The notes beneath the pieces were generated by a model. The model made no database searches and was not told where the DNA came from. It was given only the letters and a program-made list of their open reading frames with translations. From assembly GCA_002633005.1 (NCBI GenBank), contig NMRA01000397.1, positions 97,217 through 161,216 of the forward strand: 64,000 bases of DNA. The letters run 5' to 3'. The translations under genes were made by a program, and so were the position numbers. This document shows positions 28,901 to 40,900 of this stretch, one piece after another; positions within the stretch are counted from its first letter, which is position 1; every line of letters begins with the position of its first letter. The stretch comes from Phoronis australis. Lineage: Eukaryota; Animalia; Phoronida.

Positions 28901-31900
28901 TTTGGGATGGATCTGAGTACTGGTATGCCCCGTGGTGGCAATTTTAGTTTTACGTTTATCTCTGTAGCTTCAACGGTCCTCAACAGATTTTCATAAAATT
29001 TTGAATACGGGCATCTATTGGTGAGATGACGCTATTCTTCTGTTTTCGGATGGAATCAAAGTACTTTGCGCCACCTAGTGGTCAGTTTTGCTGTCGTCTA
29101 CCTGTCTATCAACCAAATCATCATGGATTTCTATGAAATTTGGTGTATAGCTTTCAATTAAAGAAGTAATGACATGTTCTTGTTTTCGGACGAATTGTAT
29201 GTTTTTGCGCCATCTAGTGCCATTTTATGACACAAATAAGTAACCTTAAAAGCATACCATTTGCGATGCATTGGTGGGCGCATTTCAACGCTCCGCGTTG
29301 CTCTTGTTAAGTTTTTTAATGACATCAATAATTTTGGTGGGGTACTCGACAGAAGTCGGAGTTAGTGAAATTAAGCCGACAGAATGACGTCACCCTGGCC
29401 ATTGAGTCAACAGACTGACGTCACCAAGTTCAATACGAAACTGGCCACCATCCCTCCGCGTCCGTGAAAAAAACGGCACGTGAGAAAAAAAGTAGGACAC
29501 CTTGAATCTAATAGGGGGCCAATGCACTACCTGGGACCAAGGCGGTGCTGAAGTGGGCGCTACGAAGGTGTGTAGTGGAGAGTGGGAGACGGAGTTTGTG
29601 CAAACGATGCATTTTATAGACAAGTAGTTGCTGTTTTAAAAATTTTCAAATGTGTGAAGAGTGCAGCCCCCTGAAGTTGCTTGCTTTCGCTTGGGTTAGG
29701 TTCTCGAGTGAAATGATTTTATTTCATGTTTTACAGTATTTCCGAACGTCCACCACAGGAGATAGAGCCAGAAGAGGGAACTGATGATGGTGATCCTGTA
29801 ACCTTAACACCGTGCGACATTTTAAAGGAAGATGAGGCTAAAGTCATTGTCATGTGTCTTGATGAGCTGCGTAAGGTTACAGCAGAGGTACATTACGTGT
29901 TGGTGAGTAAAATGGACCACTGGTGGTGTTTGTTTACAGTTATTCTTAAGGAACTGGTTTGGTAACGAAACATCGGAACCCAAGTCTACTAAGCTTTACC
30001 TGTGATTTGACTTACTTATGTGTGAGTGTGCATAGTGCCATCATCCTGCCAGGTTTTTCTGGTTTCCTCTTGGTATCTCAAAAATCCTTAGTCAGACGTT
30101 GATGAAATTTGGCACAAGGGTGCAGGGCATTTCTAGGGCATTGTATGCCACATTGTCTTTATGCAAAAGAATGTTGGACGTATTTCAATGAAACTTCTCA
30201 CAGAAGTATGTGACGACAATGTGTTGGCTGTTTTGGTCTTGACAAGTGTCCTTGAGTATTTTCGGGGAGACAGGTGTTCTAGATGATATCTCGAGAACGG
30301 ATTGACACACAAAATTCATATTTTTGAATAAATGAAAATGTAATTAGTACATAATTTTTTTACTGTTAATTTAATATTAAATCCAGTTGTTGTATGTTCA
30401 CTTAAGTTATGCCGAGGCTTTTGTCACAAATAATTAATGTGTAGTGGAGTAAAAGCATACTTTGCTCTGAACTTTCAATGATTTTTATGCAAGGATATAA
30501 GTTAGTATTGGTCATGATGAATTCAAATGTTCAATATTGATCATGCTGTGGTTATTTGAGATGGCAGAGTTTTACACTTGGTCTTCATATCTACAGCGGT
30601 TCGTTTTGTTGATGTTTCATTGAAAGTGGATTTTTTACTATTTAGAATAATGTTATGTAGTTTACTGTAGAGCTACATGAACCTCTTACTTAAAATGTTT
30701 GTCTTCATTTTAGAATATCTAAGTAACTTACAACAAATCAAAATTTTCAATGCTTTCAAATGTTGTTTTTGCCGTTTGGCCATCTATAGACCAAACCATT
30801 GTAAGGATGACTATGAAAATTGTCGTATATGTTCCTACTAAGAAAAGGACGGTTGCCGAAAGTCTTCGGCTAATGATTCGGTGAAAACTTGTTTTCAGTG
30901 CACATAACCTACACAAGCCTTAACCATGTTAGGTATTTGAACATTCACTCGCAATGTCAGCTGATTTTGCAGTGCGTAATTAACTTAATTATCATTGAAA
31001 CCTACCGTTCCCAGCTAACTCTTACTGTTGTTTGCGACCTACTTTTCTAAGCAGGTCACAGTTCATTGTAAACTTATACACATAGCCTGTACAAGTCATG
31101 TGGTGGGAGACTGATGCGGAACCAAGTAAGAAATGGATAACAAAAATCGAATCTGTGGTTAACGCTTGTCGTTAGCATGAGATGGAAACATTGAAATGTC
31201 AATTTATTAATTGAATGACGGAATTAGGGTGAGGATTTATCTCTTTTCACAACTTGCTGTGTTCGTGACCACAGAGGCCTGAGGCGACTTGTAGCAATCG
31301 TTTCCAACGACAATGGCCGTATGCATGTAGATGAACAACTCCCTTAGGATCAAAACTATGTTTTGTCTTTGTTTTGCCCGGCACCATTCTATCATAAGTA
31401 CATCTCGTTGACTCAATGTTATGGCGATTTTGTGAATGAAAGCACTGAGTGTGTACAAAGCTGCTCTGTTCCTGGCGGGAGACTCGATTTGATTGAAAGC
31501 CCTTTGACCTTTGACCTCGGATAAGTAGTAAACAAATATCCACGCTGTTGTGCGGTTCCAAGGTGGTTCTGCTAAATTTTTTTTTCTTTCCAAGCGATAT
31601 GTATTTTGTACTTGAACTTCCGCGAGAATGAAGATAAGGTATTTTGCTAGACTCGTGAAATATTGTAAAAATGGCCAGTTTTTGTGAATAAGTTTGAGAT
31701 ATCCTTAATATGAAGGTGACAGCAGGTGCCGATGACTTTCGGATGGGTCTGACTACTGCTGGGTCCCCTAGTGGCAATTTTATTTTATTTTCGTTTTCCT
31801 GTGTCTGTGGAGTTCCTGGATGGAATTTTATGAAACTTGGTAAATTGATTTCTATTAAAGAGGCAGTGCGGTTTTAGATGGATTTGATGATATCAGGGCT

Positions 31901-34900
31901 TGGAATTTTCCGCGGAAACGCGGATTTCCGCTTTTTTGAAATGTGCTTTCCGCTTTTTTTTATAATATTTCCGCGTAAAAAAATCGGATTTGATATGAAA
32001 TTTCCGCGGCAAATTCCTTTCTTACCGCGGCGTTGCAGACGACGTTCACCTCGGAAAGCGGAAGTCTTTATGTTTCGGAGGAACGTAAATTGTCAACATT
32101 GCCGGAGCATCTGGGTAAAGCGTGGTCTGATTTTCAATGGCGGCTCGTGTTATTGTTAAGCGCGGCGACAAATACTACCGCTCTGCAGCCAAATTTGTGT
32201 GGGTTGGGAGTGGACGGGCGAGCGAAAAGGACGCAGACGCATGCTACTGATGGTGGTAACGTTTTTTTTTTTTTTTTCTTAGTCCTCCCGATTTTTGTCG
32301 CGGAAAGGTTCACATTGACCATTTCAAAGGCTGGTTATCGGGCATGATTTGGGCCGTAAAAGTTTCCACGTTTTTTGTCATTGGTCATTCCAAGCCCTGT
32401 GATATGCATGCCAGCTAGTGGCTGAAGTTATTGTATTAGTCTGGTTTTAGAGTCCACCTCTCTGTCGGCCAAACCATTTTTTATACGCAAAGATTCATCT
32501 TTAGGAAACTTGCCACAAGAAATACTAGTAAAATATTAAAAATACTACAACTTAAATGAGTTTACACAAAAAACTATGTATTTTTAAGTTAAACGACTTC
32601 TGCTAAAGCAAAAGTGTAGTGGAAGAGTGAATCAGTCGAGATTATTTAAGGAAGGAATTTTTATTTAGTCATAAATTGCAATAGACAGTGTCACAGTCTC
32701 ATTAACAGTAGAGACTGTGACCATCACATCTCTTGGCGCGAACAGTGTAAAAATAGTACGTTGCCGCTTAGAGCAAATGAATGAAAGACTGCTTGAAAAA
32801 ATGTTTGATTATAGGAGTATTTCTTCCAGTTGGAAGGAATGAAAGAGGTCTGACGTGTTCCTCTATGCACATGCACAAAAGATACTTATAGCAATGTAAT
32901 TTCGATGGTTTAATCAGCATGAGACATAATTCGTCAAAAAGCTTCTAGCATGCGAAGGCCCTATGGGAGTGCCACCGTCTCTACTGCTATGTACAGGTGG
33001 TGGCACTGTCTATACAAAAGAGGGGTGTCTATACAAGATAACTACAACAATGTAAAAATGGTTAAATGTGCAGGGGTTGGGGGATCTGGAACATTGGTCA
33101 TGACATAAACATGAATGGGAATAGCCGGACGTGTGTAATGTGAATAATATTCTAAGGACAGCTGGGAGCTAAAAGTTTACCACTAGACAGGCTGAACTGC
33201 ATTACACAGCCTCACACTGCACAACCAAAGTGAACCAGACACTGCACAATTCGAGATCATCCATCATGTAAATAATCGATTTTGTCAATACTCAATGACA
33301 GTGACACACATCAAACACCAACAATGAAAAGCTCCGTGGAATAGTTACCCCTAAAACATAGTGTTCTGTCGCTTTGTTTCTTTTGTCCAACTGTTTTTGC
33401 AGTTCAATACTACACAGCACGCAGGCAGCTCGACTCACTTGCTTTTAATCATCCTCAGCTCATCGGAAACCACGTGACTTCAACTCTTCTTTATTTATCT
33501 CATTGATGTGAGGTTCTAACAAAGAAACAGATTTAACGCTAATCTTGAAATACATACAGTATGTCTATAATTTAATCCTTTGTGCTATATTTGTTACTTG
33601 CAGTGCCAGCCTGGTCGAACATTGCCCAATAAAGTTCTATTCAACTCACAGGGACCAAAGAGGAACCCTTATCCTGCATTGTTCCACATTCTTCACTCGT
33701 GGTAAGCTCTCAGTATGTAACTGGATATTTAAAAATACAAGAAGATGGCTAAGGTTTGTCATTGGTCATATCATTTCATTTTTATTTTGATCAATATTTG
33801 GGGCCTTTTCCATGAAAAGGATGTCTCAAATACTTCATGTTTACACAACTTGGAGCTTGTATTACTTTCCTATCAGTCTACAAGAAGCTTTGTGTCAAAC
33901 TAATGACGAACGAGGAGTTCAGAAATTCACACTGAATTGTTCACCCGTGTCTACAGACACGCTTGTACACAGTCACACACTAACTTCCAAATAAATGTAA
34001 TTATTATTATAGCAACTTCTTGGAGGGCATATTTGTTCTGCTGTCCTGTCAGCCTACTTACCATCACCCGGGAGTGTTCACCAGTGTTCACAAGATGCTA
34101 CAAGAACTTGTGAAGACTAACAAGGGTTTGCTTTTCCTGTCATCGCGTCCTGATACTGTCAATGGGCTGGTTAGGCTACTACTGCAAGCAGCTCTACCGG
34201 TCAGTAATCAATTTCTCCATTTCTATGTGCCCACATATTTATTTAATTGGGCGCATTATGATCTCATCCCTGTACGCCTGTCTGGCATCCTTGCGATGTC
34301 CACTACTGGGTGTTTGAAATTTTGTAGACATGTCCCTATTATTTGTCTCTTTTAAGGTTATGTATTCCTCTGAAATGTTGTGTTCTTGAAGTAACTAGCA
34401 ACTTCCAAACCATAAAAGTATATATTTTCTGAAACTAGGAGTTGAGACAAATATATTCACAACACTGTTTCATTTTTTGGTCACGTGACGATGCGTTTTT
34501 GACAAAAAATGTTTTTTGCATTATACAGGGATTGGAAAAAAGTCATTTCACCAGCACTCATCAAACTTTCTCTGGTAAAACTGCTCAAAAGCTATGTCTG
34601 GTACTTTTCATAACTAGCACCAGTGTTTTTTATAGCAAAAATTAGTTAATTTTTAGCACTTTTAAGAGTATTATGAATCTTACTTCAAATTAAACATAGC
34701 TGTAATAAAAAATCTAATACAAGTTTTCACATTGTGGCGGGACAGGCTGTCGCGCCGTGTCTCACAACCATTAATTGGCACGATGAAAGCGGGAACTCGA
34801 CAACATCTAACAATTGTGAAAGATCTATTTCTCTTCGATGATAGATTAGTTATACCGCTGTCCCTCCGCACGGAAATCTTAGACCACCTCGGCATTGCGA

Positions 34901-37900
34901 AATGTTGTGCTCGAGGTAGAGAATCAGTCTGGTAGCCAGGATTGTCAAAGGAGATCGAGCAGACCGTCTCGTTCTGTAAAATTTGTGCAAAAATACCTCC
35001 GGAACCGTAAGAACCTGTCCTCCCATCGTATTTTCCGTCACGTCCCTGGGAGAGAGTGGGAATGGACATGTTTCATTTAGACTGCAAGGAACACTTGGTC
35101 GTAGTCGCTTATTATTCGAAATGGATCAAATACAGAGAAATGCCAGAAACATGGGAATCCGTCATCACATGTCTGCAGGAAATATTTAGTGTACTTAACT
35201 GCCATAACAGTACATGGTGGTATTACGAACCTCAGGTCTAACAACCATGAGAAAACAGTGTTTGATGTAGGTATCCCTATCATGAAAGAGAAATCGTTTG
35301 CACTCTATTATGGCATACGGGACTATGCAGTCATCGGAACTTTTACAGTGGGGCTTCGGAAAGTACCGGTAAAAGCCTACTTACGATGTCCCGGTTGTCA
35401 CCGACATAGGTTTGTCTTGGCGACAAGTTTTCGAATTACCTCGTCTGAATTTATTTTTTTTGTATCTGGGACCATTTCCAATGCTTATTCGAGTTCAGTA
35501 GACCAAGTTTTTAGTGTTTGGCGAGAACAGGAGTAAAACTTCATCGCCATGTATTCTCAGACAGAGCACCTGATTTTGCTAGTTTTCTAATGGGTCCACA
35601 TAGATTTGAATCGACTAATTAATCAAACCCTCCTCTCCTTCTAATTGCAACGGTAGAGCACGAGATTTATCTCCTGGGTCAACCTAGATTTGAATTGAGC
35701 AATTATTCACACCTCCACTCGTATAATTGCAAACAGTTTGTGTCAGCCGGGAACGAATTGTCCGTGTTTTTAATCCTGCGCCAGGTAAACTAAACAGTGA
35801 ATCGAAAGTTTATCGGGTTTAATATGCAGGCGATATTAACAACGATGAGACGGAAGCGGAAGTGTTCCAACCAAATACAGTCTTACGAACAACACTAACT
35901 ATACAATGGCGCAGGTAATGAAATGTAGCCCCGTTCACTAATCTGAAATAGTACTTGCTGATACGGTAGGGGGACTGCCGTTCAAGTTTAATAAAGCTCC
36001 TTGGTTTGATATTTTGCAGCGAGCTAATATATTTGAAAACATCTAAATTTTTAGCAACATTCTGGTCAAATCACCCTTTCAGTATCAAAATCCTGTTTCT
36101 GTTTGAGCTGTGAGAAACTTTGTGGTTGTCAGGCTCCGCTGTTAGATCACACTTACAAGTTTCATGCTCGAATAAACACTCTGCGAGCTTGTCCAATTTG
36201 GCTAAAACTTGGAAGTAAGCGCCCACTATTTGGGCATTCGCCCACCCCCGGCTTGTCAATTTTTTCAGTTTTAGCGCCCACTGCTTGGGTAATCGCCAGC
36301 TTCCCTGTCTCAGGGTTTCCCAATTTAAGCGCCCAGGGCTTTAGTCCGCAAGTTTCCGGTAATTCGTTACACAATATCATTTCTGTTACAAGCTACCCAG
36401 ACAACAGATCTTTCGCAGTCATGAACACTGCTTCTCATTTCTCAAGAGTGCTCCCTGATTAACTAAAACAACACCATACTCACAGAATTCACACCCAAAA
36501 AGCACAATTCCTGACTCAGTGAAGAGTTGAGAGTTGTTTTTACAGGTGCCTGAGCCACGTTTGTGGGCCATGAGGCATGCTGTTTTGCATGAGTTATGTT
36601 TTGTGAGTGTGGTGCCAGTTTATATGTGTCTAAGCCGTGTTCATGAGTCTGGAGGTACGTTTATGAGTGTGTGAGCCATGTCAGGGTTGCCTATGTTGTA
36701 CTTGATTATTGGTTTTATAAAAATCTGACTCCTGTAGATAAGCTAGTAAAAATTTCTCTAGCAATTGTTCATTAAACAGCCGTGTTTGACGTGAATCCAG
36801 AATGGGGGGGACGGGGTTAAACTTGCTATAGTTCCTCTTGTCACTGCCAGTGTATGCTGTCATTTCAGGATGAGAGCCGCGAGGACGGGGAGGAGTCTGT
36901 CTCCCAACAGCTTGGTCTCTATCTCGTCTACAACTTACAAGCCTTGCAGTACATTGATCAATTAAAAGGGCTGAGTGATAAGGGTAGGGTAATTGTTTTT
37001 TATTATATGTTTGCTTACGTGAAAAGTTTAGAAAGACACTGTTGTTTGTCAAGAACCTGCTGTATAGTAGCTGAGATTTGTCTAGATTTGTTTGGTTTGC
37101 TCTATGTTTACTTACAAGGCATTTATTGTGACTTGTACATTATGTTTATGTACGGCTTCTCAGTGCTACGAAAATGAATAGATTTTTAGCACTTAATGTT
37201 ATCTCAAACCTTATTTAGTGACCTTCATTAATTTGAACTCGTCCATTAAAAAAAACTTATGTGGCCTGTCAATGTTCAGCTTTGATTTCATAATGACCAA
37301 AGAAGCATGCTGTTTGCAGTGTTGTCATGGTCATATTTCAATGCTTTATGTTTCCCTTGTTGACAAAAGGGTGGGTTTATTGCACTTAAAGCCTATCCTC
37401 AACGGTAACACCTGTAAACTTGGTTCCTGCAGTATGGTAAGGGTATTTCTCTGAGCCCACCAGTGCCATACCGTATTCACCCTAATAAGCGCCCATGCCT
37501 CTATAAGCGCCCCCCATGCGTTTTCAGACTTTGCTAAAATAAGCGCCTAGTCCATGTACATGCGAAAAATGCCTATTAAGCTACAGTAAAAGTTGTAAAA
37601 TTCTACAGTAACGTCTTCAATTTATCAATAACATCTGACAGTCCTGAAAAAAATCATTGTACGCCGAATTTGTAGACCATGAGCCTTGCCGCTATGTCAG
37701 TATTTAGCAGTAACTATACACTTCAAACTTCCACCGTGCTTCAAAAAGAACGCATAAGTTTTGCTGATCTTGTGAGGGACGTGTCCTATTATGGTCTGGC
37801 CTTTCAGAACAGACGCAGCATACTTGTCAAAGGGATTGTCAGTTGTATCTTTCCCGGAGAGGTATTTTCCCTCAACAGGAATCTAAATATATTTATATAT

Positions 37901-40900
37901 GTCAAAATTGCAAATCGAAGACTATTAAAAACTTGACCTTTGTTAAAAGCACGTAGCCAGGAAGCGTGCGCTACGTACAAGTGTGCCTGTCATCGAAAGT
38001 TAGTCTTTGGGAACAGGTAGAATAGCATCAGCAAGAAATAATTTCTTACCTGGCACTTATTTCTGGAAATTTCTCTAATACCGTAAAAAACATTTGCGTT
38101 TTTTTAGGAGGAACTATTTTATCAATCGTAATTGGTGTTTTTAAAGTCAAAATTACCCACTGATAGTGGACACTTCCGTGCCCTTACACCGCCCAAATCT
38201 CCCGGAAAATAACTGTTAGGCTGTCACGCGTCCAGTCACCCGCAGACTCAATATCGGCCTTGCCGAGACAATTCTCGAACATTTTGTAGCAGATGAGATC
38301 AACAAGTGCTAAATAAAACACGTTCTGCTTTACTGCTTGTGTTAATTTCTTTAGTTGCACACCTAGATCGTTACATCGCGTTTACTCTGGCAAATGAACT
38401 CTGATGACACGCGCGGGCTTGTTCACTCACACACGCAGACGAACTTCAAAACAAACATCATGTAACAACAACATGTGTGTTTGTCCAGAGGTTTTTCTAG
38501 TGCAGATTTGGACTTAATATGCAGTTAATCCCGACTCCACAGGAACTTAAAAATGTTAGGGCTGCTATTTTGAAAACTTAAGGCGGACTTCAGGTAATTT
38601 GTTGAGTCGAAACCTTATTTTTACTCAAGAAATCAAGTCGTCGATCGCGAGGCAGTGACGCATTAGTCGGCAAGTTTTTGCACTGCCGGGGGATTTTCTG
38701 AAAGATGCTAGTAATTTAACAATGAACAAAATTTGATAACAATGCTCTGCAATTTCATAGAAACTCTTTCATAGGTTACAGATGCATAACAGAGCGTTAA
38801 GTTGATGAATTCTAGCTTACGATTTCACCTGTTTCGGAAACTGGGTTTCAACCACTTTGGGCTATAATAAGCGCCACCCCCCCTTCCAGAATCGAATTTT
38901 TCTAAGCACTCTGGACGCTTATTAGGGCGAATATGGTAAATTCAAATGTAACGAACTGTTAGGTGTATTGGCTTGCTATTGTTTACGTCACCGCGAGAAT
39001 CACCTTTTAATTCAAACAACTGCGAATAGCACCTGCATGCAATGGTGTTATATTCAAACCCCTATTCATTACAACCTTTTGTTGTTTGTGATGGGATCTC
39101 GCGGTGAAGCAACATGGCACGAAAAGGCAGCTTCACTTATCATTTGACGAGCTTACATTTGCGTAATTGAACTTGCGCTTTCTTATTTCACTAAGGCTGC
39201 GCAAGGCTATCTGGTTAGCCCAATACATCTAAAATAACAAAATTCCATTGAAATTGGGCTTTAAACCTGAAATGCATGTGTGTTTGAAAATATCTAAAAT
39301 ACTTTACACACTGTTATTGAATTTCCAGACTGTGAAATGAACTAATTTAGTGAGTAAGCTTGTGAAACATTGTTACAGGGACTATGTGATGAACCACCAG
39401 TGTGCTAAGTAATGTCACGTCTTACTTTCCTTCATTTATTTCTTAACAACTTCTATTCCTTGCAGAGCCATCCACTTTGATCCACCATGAGGCTCCCAAT
39501 GTGGTGCATGCACTGCACGGCCTGCGGACGATGCTGTACACCGTTCAAGGCCAGGAAGCCGTGGCGCACGTCTTCAGTCTTGACGACAACTTTGCTCTAC
39601 TGCTGCCATTTCTGCATCCTAAAGGTAAGTTTGAGGAATGTTTGTGATAACAATGCCAGCTACTTAGCAAGTGCCTGAGAAAACACAAGGCCAGTACATA
39701 GGTTTCAGACTTCAATGCATGTATCAGGTCTTTGGCTCACATTATAAACGTACATATGTGAATATAAAATTATTACATTTGAGAAGAAAGTGCATTTCTG
39801 ATTCCACTTTAACACTATTACAGCTGGTATATACCCTCTCTCTCCTCCCTATCAATACCACTAAACCTTCCCTTAAAAGCTTGCGAAATCTATTTTGTGT
39901 GTATTATTTTCTAAACATTTTATATGTTTTTCAGTAAAAAAATTACTTTTGTCCCTTTTATAAATGTCTATCTATTGAGAAAAATATACTGTTACTCCAA
40001 TCCTGGGTGTCAAGATCACACAACACTGGTGATGAAATTCATTTGTAAATGAGACGACATTACCTACACCGGAAATTGCTTTCGCATTTTTTCCAGGTTC
40101 TCATTCACTCCCTTGCGAACACTCACTACTAAAACCCCAAAGCCATATGCAAGCCATACCACATTTAAGTCTTAAGAGTAGATAAATGCACACAGTGAAT
40201 ACAAACAAGGCGGCATGTTGTGCTGCAGACTACTCACAAGTCAATGATTCATGTAATAGAAATGGTTGAGAATCAGCCGTTAGATGATTTGAATGTGAAT
40301 TTCCGAAAAGGTATTGGACTTATCTCTTACAGGCTATGTATATTTATGTGACTACAAGCAACAAGATGAATTTTTGAGAGTAAAATAAAACACATCTGCT
40401 CAATTTGAAGATACTGCTGGAATGCAATACCAAATGCACCTGCATTACAAAGTACCAACCAAAACACGGAATTATGGAAACATTCAATAATGCTTGTACA
40501 GGGCACACGGCAAAAAATGGCAACACAACACCAAATAATTGTGAACTGATGTGCATAGAACAGCTGAAACTATGCATAGATTCTTAATAAGCAAAAAAGT
40601 GGGAATTCCTGTTAAGCAATTAGTATTCATTGTTCATTTTGGCTGCAAGTTCTTCTGCCAAGACATGTCAATAGCTAAAGAGGATCTACTTTAGGTCTAA
40701 ATGAATTGCTTTTAGTGCTGTAGCAGATGGTTTTTACCATAATATATTGAGGTTGACCAGTGGTGCTAGGGATGACTAACTCTGTCAAAATGGGTGACTT
40801 TTTATCATTTTTTTCTTTACTGCCTTATGTCTTGAATGATCTGTTTGGGGATTGAAATCATTTCCTGTAATGGCCTAGACGGATTTGATAGAGAAAGATT

